A stretch of DNA of 64,000 nt. It comes from Dimorphilus gyrociliatus. Lineage: Eukaryota > Animalia > Annelida. Both the position numbers and the translations under genes were made by a program. Of the stretch, positions 1 through 12,500 are shown in pieces. How positions within the stretch are numbered: position 1 is the first letter of the stretch; the number at the start of each line of letters is the position of its first letter. The notes below the pieces were generated by a model, which was given only the letters and a program-made list of their open reading frames with translations, ran no database searches and had not been told where the DNA came from. The stretch is taken from assembly GCA_904063045.1 (NCBI GenBank), contig CAJFCJ010000019.1, positions 2,309,700 to 2,373,699 of the forward strand, given 5' to 3'.

Positions 1-341
1 TTAGTAACCATCCTTAGAGTTACCAGTTTATCTTGGCGGCAAGTATAGTGCAAAGTCGTTGAACTTAAGAAATTTAATAATAGAGCAATATTTTCTTTTA
101 ATATCAAAGCAGCGCTCAAGAGCTATTTTTATGTTCTTTTAGTTAGTATATCTCATATTACATAAAAGATTTAATTGCGTTCTACATAATGTAAAAATTG
201 TGTTTTTAGTCTTTTTATTAAAAAAAGAGAGCAAAATTAATTTAATAACATATGTTGTTTTATTTTTATAGTAATATTTTTATAGATTAAATAAAAATTG
301 AAAATACGGACGTTTTGTTTGAGTTTTACAGATGTCTTTGA

Positions 342-1032
342 TTAGCTGTGGACGGCTGAACCGATGACTTGAATATTATGCACACTTATAAAGTGATCAT
401 AGCCAGAATCGAAGATAAACTTTATATGTTTTGCTGAACCACTCGACACTGGCAGATCTTCTGTCTGAATTAGGTCATTAGCGTTGTCCAATTCTGTTGA
501 TTATAGTTAATTGTAGTTATTTTTAAAGCTTTTGTTATTATTTTATTTAGATAATGACAAAATTTGATTGTGTTTATCAAATGCGCAAGACAAAAAAAGA
601 CATTTACAACAAAGGCTTCACATATTTTACCTCTTTCATGTAGTGGTTCAAAATCTATCGGGTCGTTACTAACACTTCTCTCGATTCGAAAGTGTTTAAC
701 TAAAAGATTTTTGTTTTAATTAATAATTTGTAAAAGTCATAGTTATTTTATAGACTAACCGCTACTGCAATCAATTTTAATTGAGCTAACACTCATCAAT
801 CCTTGGAAACTCACAACGAGTTCTTGTGGAAAGAGACCAGTTGATGCCCAAAATGAGTTTGGAGATCTATTTTGATTATTATTAATAATTATTATTTAAT
901 GCTTCAATCTATTATTATGTGCATAGAATTTATGCTTTACCCATCTATAATACAATCTGGCTGATGTTTCTCGTCGCTTGATGAAGCGAGACTTACTTGA
1001 GCTCCAGAACTTGCGAGAGCGACATTAAACAT
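342..1032 (-). CDS. IFT25: Intraflagellar transport protein 25 (HSPB11/IFT25), 4 exons, missed by the ORF track
   Basis: Manual splicing gives MFNVALASSGAQVSLASSSDEKHQPDCIIDG / SPNSFWASTGLFPQELVVSF / KHFRIERSVSNDPIDFEPLHER / ...GSAKHIKFIFDSGYDHFISVHNIQVIGSAVHS*. This matches IFT25 motifs (SSDEKHP..IIDG, FW..TG.FPQE, DHF.SVH). GT-AG introns; ATG 1032, TAA 342-344. Confidence 0.9.
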
Positions 1033-1403
1033 CTTGAATACTCAACAGAAATATTTAGTAAAAAACTCTCCGGTGCAACGGGTTTCTACCAGTTTCTTTT
1101 AAAGTGGTCAAGTCCTCAACGCTCATATTGATCATTATTAAAGAAACTTGGGATATCGCCTAGTCACAGGAAAGCGGTAATTTTCAACAAAGTCTTAAGT
1201 AACTCGAAACTATACTTGTTGATGGCCTTTTTAATTGCAAAATGTAACTGGGTTACTTTTTCGAAATAATTTCGTAAGTCATTGTCTGTTTTTAATACGA
1301 TTTAGAGGATTTTGCTAATAATCTGCTGAAGGTAATCCTTTGCTGAATTAAATCAGAGCCACACCTCTCAAAAGTGACAGTTTGAAACAAGAAATCGACA
1401 AAT

Positions 1404-1679
1404 ATGAGTGAAGCACCAAAAGTTACTGAAGAGCAGGCCTGGCAGACTTGCGTTGAAGATCTACGTAGGCAAGTGCCTATGAATAGGATGCCAATGTCCG
1501 AAGCTCTAAAACTGTAAATTACATTTTTTTTCATAGTATAATTTGAGAAAGTAATTAATTTTAGGATGCTGGACTTCGTAGCGGAGAAGAAAGGTGAAGA
1601 TTTCTTGCTTACGCAAGTCGGCAGAAATAGCTGGACAGAAGCAAAGAATAATAAAAGTGGCGGATGTAATTTAAGTTAA
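1404..1679 (+). CDS. Divergent heterotrimeric G-protein gamma subunit (GGL domain), 74 aa, 2 exons, missed by the ORF track
   Basis: Exon 1 1404-1513, intron 1514-1564, exon 2 1565-1679: MSEAPKVTEEQAWQTCVEDLRRQVPMNRMPMSEALKLMLDFVAEKKGEDFLLTQVGRNSWTEAKNNKSGGCNLS*. G-gamma length and pattern (VE.LR....R..S....., DFLL for DPLL, NSW for NPF/W) with a terminal CaaX (CNLS). AATAAA at 1684-1689. Confidence 0.75.
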
Positions 1680-1749
1680 AAAAAATAAATAGTTATTTAT
1701 TAATATAAATGTGCAGTTGGACGGATAAGTTTTGTAAACAATATTTATA

Positions 1750-4352
1750 CTAATACATCAACTGCATTAACAATGCTTTCAAATGCCTAGCTTCATAGGT
1801 TACAGTATTCTTTCCCGGAGGTATAGGATCTTGTTCCAAAGGTTGTTCAATTACAGCTTTAACATCTTTTCCATAAACTAGAATGACGCAATAAATATAA
1901 ATAAATTTTATATGAAATATTACAGAACGATTTGTTGACTTACGTTCACACTGTTCCAGGAATTGTACACACTCGAGAAGAACTTGATCACGCAGCATCA
2001 CCATATGTTTCGAGAGGTTTTCTATTAAACTTAAGAAGCAACGTTTAGCATAGAACCATGTGTCCGTTCCTAGTTTCTTTTGAAACGGCTCAAGAGATTT
2101 GATTACACGGGAAATTCCAAATTCGTAGTTTCCTTTAGCGCAGTACAAAGTCCCAATTACAAGATTGACTATACTCAAATGAAATTGTTTTTTATCGGGA
2201 TCGTCATAAGCAGCCTGTTCCTCTTCCTTTTCAATCTTCCTCATCAACTCCTCAGCTTCTTCATTTTGAGAAGTCATTATATAGGAAACGCATAGATTTG
2301 CTAGGACAATAGCACTTACGTCGAGTATCTGTTATGAGAAATAAAGAGAACAATTGATTTTCTTATTTATGTTTTTTAATTGTAAATTGATATTTACATT
2401 ATCGAAATGTTTTTTAACAATAGGTTCGTAGAATCCAGCTGCCTCTTTAAATTTACCGTCTTGCATGAAAAGAACGTGAGCAACATTTAACTTCCATGTA
2501 TCATGTTCATTACAAAATTCGACGCTCTTTCTAAATATTTTTTCAACTTGAGTATAGTTCTCTAAATCCCAGTAAATTTTTGCCTGCTGCATTAGAACTG
2601 GAATATAACGATCTAAGCATTCGTCATATTCATTCACTTTTCTCTTTACAGCTTCGTCATCGTGACTCTGACGTGCTTCTTGAACATCTTTTGTCAATTT
2701 TCTTAACTGTTCAGTTTGTTTTGATGCCATATCGTCCAACTTCTTATAAGCCTCTTCGGGTGAGGTTTGTCTTGTGATAACAGCTTCAAGAAAATCATAG
2801 AGATACTGAAACAAGTAATAAATCAATTTGGAAAATAGTAAATTGAGCGAAAATAAAGCTAAGTTTAATTTACCGGTGTTAGATATTTTTCGCTCAGATG
2901 AATATTTTCAGCCAAAACATCTGCTGCCATGTCGTAATACTATAAAGTTATTAAATGCGAATAAGATTATTACAGGAATGAATTATAAGTTTTAAAGTTT
3001 TAACCTCGTATTTAACGTATAATAGTAATAAATTTCCAAATGTTTCTTTTGGGAATGGATTCTGTTGCAAAAGAAATTGAAGTTTTTCAAATCCTTCGCT
3101 TGGTTTTGTGTCCATATTCATTAAAGCGTGATTATGCAATGTCACGACATCGATTTCTTCCTCAGATCTTGGAGGCATATCCGTTAGGGCTTCTCTTGCG
3201 GCATCGTAGTTCTTTAATAAATATTCAATCGCCGCCTTTAAATTGAAAGCTTCAACTAATTGCGTTTCGTGTAAAGTTAAAGTATTGCCGACACTTCGAA
3301 CGTCGATACCTTCAGTTGTCATACCAACGCTCAATTCTATTATTAATTTAAATATTTGTAAGAAGTTTGAACTTTTAAATTGAAATTTTTAAGTAGTTAC
3401 CTGGATGATCTCTGATACCACGTTCAATTATATCTGCTATATGTTTTAAGGCTGGAGCAAAACGCTTCATTTCATAATTACAAAGGGCAATATTATAACT
3501 TAAATCGGGCCTGTAGCCAGCTGCATTCAAACCATCTTGAAACTTTTTGCAGGCTTCTTCGTAACGACCTAAAACGTTAGTGAATACGATGATAAATATA
3601 GAATCAATTTGGTGCTATTTTTCGTTAGACACCAACCTTCTTTATATAATAAACAAGCGAGGTTCACTTCTGTATCTGGATCATCGGATGGAGCTTGTTC
3701 AACTAAGCTCTGAGCACTTGGAATATCATCTTCTTCATATTTGATGGCGGACTGATAATAGTTTAATTAAAGTAAAAGACAGAATTAATGAAACTTTGAT
3801 AAATTCTTACTTGTAATTTCAAAACACGTCCTTGATAGTCAGGATTATCAATTTGACAAGATACTCTCATAGCTTCATCATACAAGCAAGCTTTATAAAG
3901 TGATTGGGCATAGTACATTTTATATTCTTCAACCTATAGGGAATGAATGACAGTATTTTAGAATGGTCTATTTTTTCCTTATCATATATTTACTTCGGGA
4001 TGTAATATTGACAATTGTTCATAACAATCTGAAGCGTTGACAAAGTCCTGCATTTGATAGTAGCAGTAACCAAGGAGTGAAAGAGCTGCTCTCGACTTTT
4101 TAAATAAACAATAATTTCCTTTAAAAATTAACATTTTAGAAAAGAAACTACCTTGCTATAGGTTTGAGTAATGTTATTTAATGTTTGTACGCATTCAAAG
4201 TATCGCTGATCCTTTATCTGAAAAAACGAATGTTTTGATTTTTATTAAAAACAAAATAAAGCATCTGTAAAAGAAATTTAATGTGAATGGCAACTTACCA
4301 TTCCATATATAGTAGAAGTTACTTCTCCTTCTTTTATGCCTCCTAAAGACAT
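1750..4352 (-). CDS. TTC30: Tetratricopeptide repeat protein 30 / IFT70 (fleer, DYF-1), multi-exon
   Basis: ORFs 1750-2277, 2332-2826 and 2951-3334 carry hallmark segments (EGIDVRSVGNTLTLHET.LVEAFNLKAA, YIPVLM.QAKIYW, HL.IVNLVIGTLYCAKGNYEFGISRVIKSLEP, NTVTYEAR.LK). First exon MSLGGIKEGEVTSTIYGM starts at 4352. Confidence 0.95.
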
Positions 4353-4760
4353 CTTGATCGCTGCTTTTTTCTGCTGTTTCAAAACGTAAGTTGAAAGCGG
4401 TTCAACTTAAAATTTTTGCAAATATTTTGCAAGTGTGGTTCTTTTTCCGTGGGACGGGTACCCCGTTTGTGACCATTTCCGGTTCCTACCTCTAGATTTG
4501 AAAGTTAACGGAGTATCTAATTTCTATACTCGTAAATTACAGCAAATTCTCCTGGTAATCATTCGTAATTAATGTTAATATTAAATATTTAATTATATTT
4601 GTCGTGTTCTGAGTTTTAAAATGGAATGTAAGCATTTTAAATTTGATTTTATAGGTTTACAAGCATAGGCGACATTAAGTTGTCAAATGTTATTTGAATA
4701 CTACTCTCTCTGTTTAAATACTTAAGTCTAAATAATAATTCTTTTAATTTCAGGTGCAAA

Positions 4761-5341
4761 ATGGCCGATTCGCCCGAATCTCAAAGTATCGAAAAAGCCA
4801 TACAAACCATCCTGAAAGATTTCGAAATCGAAGTTAGTTCGTATCTAGCAGACTTAGATGCTAAAGTGAAAATGATCGAGGGAAAAATGACACAAATTGT
4901 CGATCAACAACTATACAAATTACCTGAAAAGTATCGAAGTATGAAATATGACGATTTCGTAGCTCTTTGCGATGATGATATCGAGCAAAAGGAAGCAAAA
5001 AATGATGTTCCTTCAATAACTTCCACTCTTAGAGGTCGAAGAACTCGCAGGAGAGTTCCAGATCCTCTAACGCCAGGTCGTATGTAATTTTCCTATGTTA
5101 TTTAACAAAAATTGTTCGAAAAATGAGAGAAGAGGATTTGCTAACTGTATATATCTGTTTTATAGCCAATGAAAACAAAGAAAATGCCCAAACTCCAGTT
5201 ATTGGAAAACTACGTAAAGTTGAGGCAGAGGTTGATGGAATTTTAGCTAAAAAGAATCTTAATGGCGTAAACATCAAAGAGGCTAAATCGATGGTAGATA
5301 ATTTAATTTCAAAATTAAGAAGTGTGTCAGATTGTCTATAG
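4761..5341 (+). CDS. CDCA8: Borealin-like chromosomal passenger complex subunit, short (about 164 aa), 2 exons
   Basis: N-terminus ILKDFEIEVSSYLADLDAKVKMIEGKMTQIVDQQLYKLPEKYRSMKYDDFVAL resembles the Borealin N helix (LKDFD.EV...I.....LP..LR.M.W.DYFAL). Intron about 5080-5165; exon 2 ends ...SKLRSVSDCL*. Confidence 0.7.
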
Positions 5342-5512
5342 AAACTTATGAATTCATTCATTTTTCTGTTAATACTTTTTGTTCTAAAAAGATCTCCTCA
5401 GTTTTTATCCAATTCACTTAACATTTAAAATTAGTACATTTGTGGATTTTATGCCTAAAACTAATACTTTATTTTTTTTTTTTTGGAGAATTATAACATA
5501 CAAAGAAATCAT

Positions 5513-6478
5513 TTAAAAGTTTAATAAACCAACATCATTTATGTAAAGTATTATTTGTATCAGCTTATCTTCATAATCTGTTACGATACGATCCCAAAGA
5601 GGATCTTGAACACGTTTTTCATATATTGAAGAGAAGGCAGCCGATGCTCCTATATTCCAGTATCCTTTTCCAAATGAGGCAATATTTTGATAAAGTTCTT
5701 GTTTAGTTTGAATTTCTGAAATGAAAATAGAATTTTTTATAACAGAATAATTATAAATCGCTTTTAATTCATACTCAACACATAGTCAGATAATGTATCT
5801 ACAGATTTTCCCCATAAATTTGCTAGCCAAGGTTGCATAAGGTAGTCAGGTATAAGGGCGTACATCAGCCAATTTTTATCCATCAATCTCATCTCCTTTA
5901 ATTTATCTATTATATACTGTTTCTCAACAATTAATGGAAAATTTGGATAATTCACTCTTCTTAGCTCCGACACCAATTTCTTTCGAATTTTCACTATCTT
6001 ACCTAAAGACTTTATATCGCCTTTATACACAAATTTAACATAAGAATCGAAAACAAAGTCGTAATTGATTCTTGTGCCTTACCTATAAAGTTGCTAATAA
6101 TGTCTCTCAAAGTTTCATAGCACTCATAAAATATTTCTTGATCGATAAAGGAGAATATCAAAAGATGAAGATCATCTATCGATATTTCTACGAAAGTATA
6201 ATGGAATATAGAAAGAATAGAGAAAAAAAAGCAACCAACCACCTACTTTTCATTCTGTTAAAACGTCTTAGTTTGTCATAGAAATCTGTCTGATTAATTT
6301 CATCACGTTTATATTCATAAAACTTGTTATAAAATCTTCTAACATCCAATAGATTATTGGCGAATTCCCTAAAATTTTCATTATTATTTTTCAATTGATA
6401 TGGACCATCTTCTTCGTAGGGTTTTGTCAAACAACAAACGAAACATATTATAAGAATACTAATAGTATTTGTTAGCAT
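5513..6478 (-). CDS. Orphan predicted secreted protein, 4 exons, about 261 aa
   Basis: Phase-consistent GT-AG exons 6478-6247, 6187-6083, 6020-5775 and 5715-5513 (786 nt, open). Hydrophobic N-terminus MLTNTISILIICFVCCLT. No recognised family. Confidence 0.55.
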
Positions 6479-7304
6479 TAGTCCTTGTTTAATACGTTTC
6501 GTAGACAGGTAAGCTAGCTTCTATTTTCATAGGTTAATACTTCTTATGGGAGTTACTCCTATTCAAGCGTCCTGTACGGATAAGGAACGGCTTCAGAATG
6601 CTATTCAAAAAAGTAGAAGTAACAATTAAAGATAACTATTGAACTCTTTATATGTCGTTATTTACATAAGAATAATGGGCGGATTGAGTGTCTTATCGAT
6701 ATCGGTATAAATTTTATTTGTAGCCATCTTCAAAATATTAAAAAGACTGATGTTATTTTCAATTATTTAGTTGTTTATGAATAATTACTTTGAATTAATA
6801 TGATGAAATTAACATCTCCCTTAGAAAAACTTATCAAGAAATTGCGTTTCTTTGATAAAATTCAGTATTTTCGAAAAGTGGGAGTTCGTTCAAATATAGC
6901 CACTTTCTATTTTGTTGAATATTTTGTTATAAATCTATTTTGCATCCCTCTTTTACAATTTATATATACAGAATATGGATAATGATAACATTGTATGTGA
7001 TTTCTTTTAAACTTTTTAATATTTCGTATGATTGAAAAGGTATAGCCTTAGTCTCTTTTTCATTTTATCTAACAGTTTTACAACGCATGGTGTTGCAATT
7101 ATCTTCCAATTCTTCTTCTCTATAGATCATCTAGGTTATTATATAGATGTTTACATATCCTTCCTTCCTTACTTCAAGCAGGACCACAGATTTTCAATCT
7201 CAATCTTTTTAATATTTTTATGGTCTGCTGATACTGTCTATACATATGACATTAATACATTAATTGCTTGCATGTCTTATCTAATTCTATCTCAACGTGT
7301 TTGA

Positions 7305-8972
7305 TTAAGGCTCTCTTTGATCGGTTTGGAGATGTGTGTCTGAGTCATTTGAAATGATTTTCCTAGACCTAAGTGTATTGTTATGGTAGCAGGGGCAACA
7401 ACAACAGCAGCAACAATAAACCATATGTGTACAATGAATAATTTCTTCGTGGGATAAACTGCAGTCTGATTCGGATTGTTCATCAGAATAATTAGGTAAA
7501 TTTTCATTTATTTTATCGCTCTTTAAGAAAGTTGTGAAGTTTGTATCTTTACTATTTAACTCATCCCAATCTACTGTAATGGGAATTGTCGATATCTTTG
7601 TTTTAAAGTTAAAGAAACCAAGTGGAAAAGATGTCTCTAACGGCGATAGTAAAATTTCAATTATTGACTGTTCTGTTAAAGTAACTGTTGTTAAAATTGG
7701 TAGATAGTCGTTCAAGTTTATAAGTAATGCAGTTTCCAGCGGACTAAGGAGAATATTTAATTTACGATGTAAGTATTCGTGGGTAATTTTTAAATCAAGA
7801 TATATGTTCTCCGCTTTAATCTCTTCTTTAACTTTCCACTTATTCGTGTTCAAATTATACATAGGTTGATCCAATTTTGAAGTAAATAGTTTATTGGGGG
7901 TGCTCAGAGGAGACATTAACAAATTCAATAAATCGTTATCTTCCCTATCCGATTCGCTTTGAAAAGATTTTATAAAACTCGAATCCTTATTCAAAGGTAA
8001 TTCATCATCAATTTTAAAGAAATCGAATGGCTGTAAAAGCGCTTCGATAATAGGCCTTTTAATTCTAGGCTCAATTATTGCAGGTTTCTGGGAAATATTC
8101 TCGTCATTGCTTTTAGAGTCTAGACACGTAACAAAGTAATTTTCTCTTTCCGTCGCAACAATAACAGTGTAATTTTTACTAAAATGTCTTTGTAAAGATT
8201 TTCCTTCATTCGACTGTATTCTATCTGCTTTGATTTGATAAACAAAAGATATAAGGGTAGTTTTAATAGAATATTTTCCTTTCGTACCTACACCCAAATG
8301 AGAACATTTAGAGGAGATATTTCCTTGTAATATCTTCTGATTTTTTTCATATTTTTCATCATTTTTCGCACTTTTTAATGTATTTGTTCTATTATATTGA
8401 TAATTGTATAAATTACATGATTTATCAAGTTGTTCCCCAACAAAACGAGGAGATTTGGCATCATTATTTGTTAATAGAGTTTCATTAAGCTTCTCTTCTA
8501 ATATTGATATTTTCATTCTAAAGTAATTTTCATTGTCGTTTGAATGAGCGTTCATCTTTTTCATATTAACAGCCGTGGAGTCGTTAGTTAGAATATCGTT
8601 ATCAAATGTTTGAACAGATTTATCGCAATGCTCAATATCATTTAACTCTGATTGAGTAAAGGAGATAACATGTGTAATGTTCTTTGTTTTCTCAACCTCG
8701 CCCATATCTTCATTATTATGTAATTTTAAAGGGAGTACTATTAGTTTACTTTCTACGCTTGTCTTCTCGGAATAGCTATCACTATATTTTTCCAGCTTTA
8801 AGCAATCTTGATCGTTTTTACCATCACTAAAAGTTTGCGTGACATTGTCAATCATTAAGGAATTATTTGCTTGTACAGCCTCGCGAAAAGGTTGGTTTAA
8901 AAGGTCTATTCTTAATAATTTATTAGGTAGTGTAGAATTGACTTTAACATTTTGGAATTGTTTTCCCATCAT
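7305..8972 (-). CDS. Uncharacterised 555-aa low-complexity (N/K/S/D-rich) protein; may be one large exon of a longer gene
   Basis: 1668-nt uninterrupted ORF in AT-rich DNA, too long for chance. Contains repeated [IL]L[LM]SPL[ES]T motifs and a CCCCCCPC tract. Start and extra exons are uncertain. Confidence 0.55.
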   Translation of the reverse strand: MMGKQFQNVKVNSTLPNKLLRIDLLNQPFREAVQANNSLMIDNVTQTFSDGKNDQDCLKLEKYSDSYSEKTSVESKLIVLPLKLHNNEDMGEVEKTKNITHVISFTQSELNDIEHCDKSVQTFDNDILTNDSTAVNMKKMNAHSNDNENYFRMKISILEEKLNETLLTNNDAKSPRFVGEQLDKSCNLYNYQYNRTNTLKSAKNDEKYEKNQKILQGNISSKCSHLGVGTKGKYSIKTTLISFVYQIKADRIQSNEGKSLQRHFSKNYTVIVATERENYFVTCLDSKSNDENISQKPAIIEPRIKRPIIEALLQPFDFFKIDDELPLNKDSSFIKSFQSESDREDNDLLNLLMSPLSTPNKLFTSKLDQPMYNLNTNKWKVKEEIKAENIYLDLKITHEYLHRKLNILLSPLETALLINLNDYLPILTTVTLTEQSIIEILLSPLETSFPLGFFNFKTKISTIPITVDWDELNSKDTNFTTFLKSDKINENLPNYSDEQSESDCSLSHEEIIHCTHMVYCCCCCCCPCYHNNTLRSRKIISNDSDTHLQTDQREP

Positions 8973-9509
8973 AAATTTAATTATATATCTTATTTATTAA
9001 TAAAAAATTGGATTGTTTCTTGCCATTTCTTTGTAATTGAAGATTGTAGAAATTGTTTTTACCCTCCCCACCCCTAGTTATATTTTGTTTAATATTTAAA
9101 TAATCTTTTATATGATCAAAAAAATTCAAATTTTTTCCACTCAAATAACGTAAAGTTTGTATTAATAATTTTAACACTCTTTCCGACATTTACAAGGAAA
9201 AGCGAATTTGCTTTGTCTTAACAAGGAAAATTTGTAAAGAAATAACTTTTGTCGTATTAGAGCCACACGTTGGTATCGAATGGAAGAAAGTTTGCTTCAT
9301 ATAACAGTTTTTTATGTTTTTTTGAAGGACGGAGCAAGTTTCATTAATACAGCCTCTTGAAAAAAAAATAATAAAGAAAACATCAATTATCGACATTACC
9401 ATTCCAGTCTTCTCTATCAGCAATATCCAATGACTGTAAAAATTCTGACATCGTTTGCACCGGTAAATCTGTAAAAGAGGAATGAACAAATATTACCAAT
9501 ATTAGTACA

Positions 9510-12500
9510 TTAAAATTTTATCTTAGTCTTACTCTCGCCTTCCATGCATTCAAGCATGGTTTTTGCAATTGGTCTTAAACTCTCAGCCTCTGGTTTCTCG
9601 GCAAGGATTAAGTGTACAGAATTAGCTAACTGTTTCGATAGATATCTCGCGCAATCAATAATTTGTGTGAGTCTCCAGGAAATTCTATCTCTCTTTTTCA
9701 AATTTTTCTGAGCTCCAACGTCTGTACGCTCATCAGAACGCTGAATTCGTAACTTTTTAGATTTTCTCTTCACTGTATCCTCAAGCCACCTGATACAAGC
9801 CTGAGCTGATTTGTCAGTCATTTTCATTTCATCAAGGAGATCCAAAGCAGCCAAGGGAACAATAATCATTACGGCTGGTTGTTTCCATACTTTTTCGACA
9901 TCAGCCTGACGTTCTAACAATGTTCGACCGTCAATAACAGCATACAAAGGTTTGTTGGCTGAATTCGCAGAAATATCAGATTTAGAGTCTGCATCAATTG
10001 CTTTGAGACGGAGTTGAGCCATATCTTTCATAAGCCGTTCTCGTCTAGCCTCTTCAGCCGCTTTCCGTAAATCATTGGCAGCAGTTGAACAGCGATACGA
10101 TTCGCCGTCATATTTAATTGGTGCAGTTGGTTTAAGATTAGCAACTGATTGAGCAAAATTATGCAATGCCGATAAACGAAGGATAGTTTCTTCTTCGTCA
10201 TTTATTCGTCTACATTCAAAATTTAAGTTAGCTTCTAACTTTTGAAAAGGAGCAAATCCCCTTATAAGTATATTCTCCGTTAAAGGAATATTCTGTGATC
10301 CATTTGTAATTCTATCGAATTCTTTAGCCACACGATCTCCATGGCCAATAGCTATTTAAATAAATAATAATTAATAATTACAATAGATTTATAGCAATAT
10401 TATGATTATAATAATGTTATGGACAATTAATCGATTTACCTTCATTATGTAATTCTAAATGATTAGGAATGAAGTTAAGAAGCATACATATTCTTTGCCA
10501 AAGAGATTGCGATGAATCCGAGCATGTATGAACAAGCACCTCTTTGTTCTCTTTAAGCCAAATACAATATATTTGAATTGACATAAGAAGTCCTTCATCC
10601 TTAATAATTTGTAAAACTCTCTCTAATCGTAGTTTTGATTTTTCCAATCTATATATTAAGATAGCAAAAGTAGAAAAATAATTGTAATTTTAATGAGAAA
10701 CGGTTATTAAAGTGATTCTTACGCAGATTCCTCTTCATCGTCACCATCATCCGATCGAGCATCAGAAGTTTCTTTTATATAAAGTTAGATAAAAAAGCAT
10801 ATTTCAAATTTAATTAATTAAAATATGGCTAATAAATGTTAATTCTCACCTGTATCAGTTTGTATTGCACTTGCTTCAGTATCAGTGTCGAATTGGAATG
10901 TAGCTATTTTATTCGTTATTTCGTCTACATGCTGGCTTTCTGCCGTTTTCTCAAATCCTAAAACATCATTTATACATTTATTTTAGGAAATGTGCCCTCT
11001 TCACTTTTTGAAAAATGATCCATTAAATTCAATTAATTTAATTATTTATATCAAATAATATTTTTAGGAAATTAGTATGGCTAATCGGGCACTTATTGAT
11101 AATAGGGGAAATGCGTTAAGAAGCAAATGATTAAAAAACGAACCGGGTGGTGGCTTAACGAATTTTTTACCATCAACAATACCCGGATATAAGACAGAAT
11201 TTTCTGACATTTGCCGTATAAAGTGCGGTAGCTGGGTCATATACCGTTCGGATACGTTTTCTTCTTTTACAGTAGTTAAGTCAGATGAAACGGCTGCATT
11301 AATCGAACTGAAATTTTAATTTATATTGAGAATGAGTATGAAGACGTTGAATAAATAATATTAGTATAATTGGGAAACCTGCTAAAGCTGCCAGACAGTC
11401 CTGGGTTTAACCAGCTCCGATCTTGAGATATCATTAACTTATCAGCCTCTTCGTCGCTTTCCCCCTCAGACGGAGAATTTCTCAAAAACGAGCCCTCGGT
11501 ATCCGATTGACTGCTACTTATTTGTAATTCATTCTCTCCTTGGCCACCCTCGCTTAAGTCAGATCCATCGCTAGCACCGGAAACAGTGTTGCTTGACTCA
11601 GAACTAGATGATCGTTTTCTTCGTCTTCTACGTTGTCTTTTGCGTTGAACTGGCGTAGATTTTTCGCTATCTTCTCGACGTTCAAACGACTCCAAATTTA
11701 ACACACTCTCAGCAGCTGTTTATTGTGCTTCACTTAAGTAAGACAATTAAATATATAACTAATCTACTTACGAGTAGTACTCCCGGAAAGAGTAAAAATT
11801 GAAGGTTCCTCTAAATCTTGTAAAGCTTCTTGCAAACGTATAATGACTTGTTGTATTAGAATTGAAAAAAAAGCTAAACTGAAGGCAACAGCGGCGGGAA
11901 CAAGCTCTGAATTGTCTGTGAAAAACATAAAAATTACAATTCCATTATAGAATATAGAAGAAAATTTTTTGACTTACTTTGTTTCTTCAATAAATAAACA
12001 GACGCTAAACACATAACAGATACTTTAAATAACAAATCATTGTTCAAACCATCGAGGACGCCTTCTCTACTCTGATGTGAAGATCCGTGATACATACAAG
12101 CCTTAAAATCAGTTAAAACACTCTGACAGGTGGCATTTAATTCTTTTAAATCCTTTTCGCCCTTGTTTCGAGAGATTCCATTTACTTTACCATGTAAAAG
12201 TTGCATTACTTGTATGAAATTTATTATAAATCGACGAGCATCTCTGCAACGCTGAGCACTAGTCCCTAGATCACGTCCGTTTAGCACATCGAGTTCTTTG
12301 AATCGTTTAAAATTTTTATCAAATACTCTCTCTAGGTTTCCTTCCGCTGCTGACGTCAGAGGAGCAATGCTACTTAAGCTATGGGGTTAGGATAAATCTT
12401 CATTACTAGTATGCAAAAGAATTAATAGTTTTGTTATACCATCTCAAATAATGATAAACAGAATCAATGTTGTATCTGGACCCATCTAATAAGGTTCCAA

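Noticed and set aside
8977-9489. Two abutting in-frame minus-strand ORFs (99 and 70 aa) upstream of the 555-aa ORF; possible readthrough or extra exons
   Set aside because: The first begins 20 bp after the SMG5 stop in probable 3' UTR. I found no phase-compatible splice into the 555-aa ORF and no recognisable motif.
9510-9960. Degenerate catalytic residues in the SMG5 PIN domain
   Set aside because: SMG5 PIN domains are already known to lack the full acidic catalytic set, so this is not novel.
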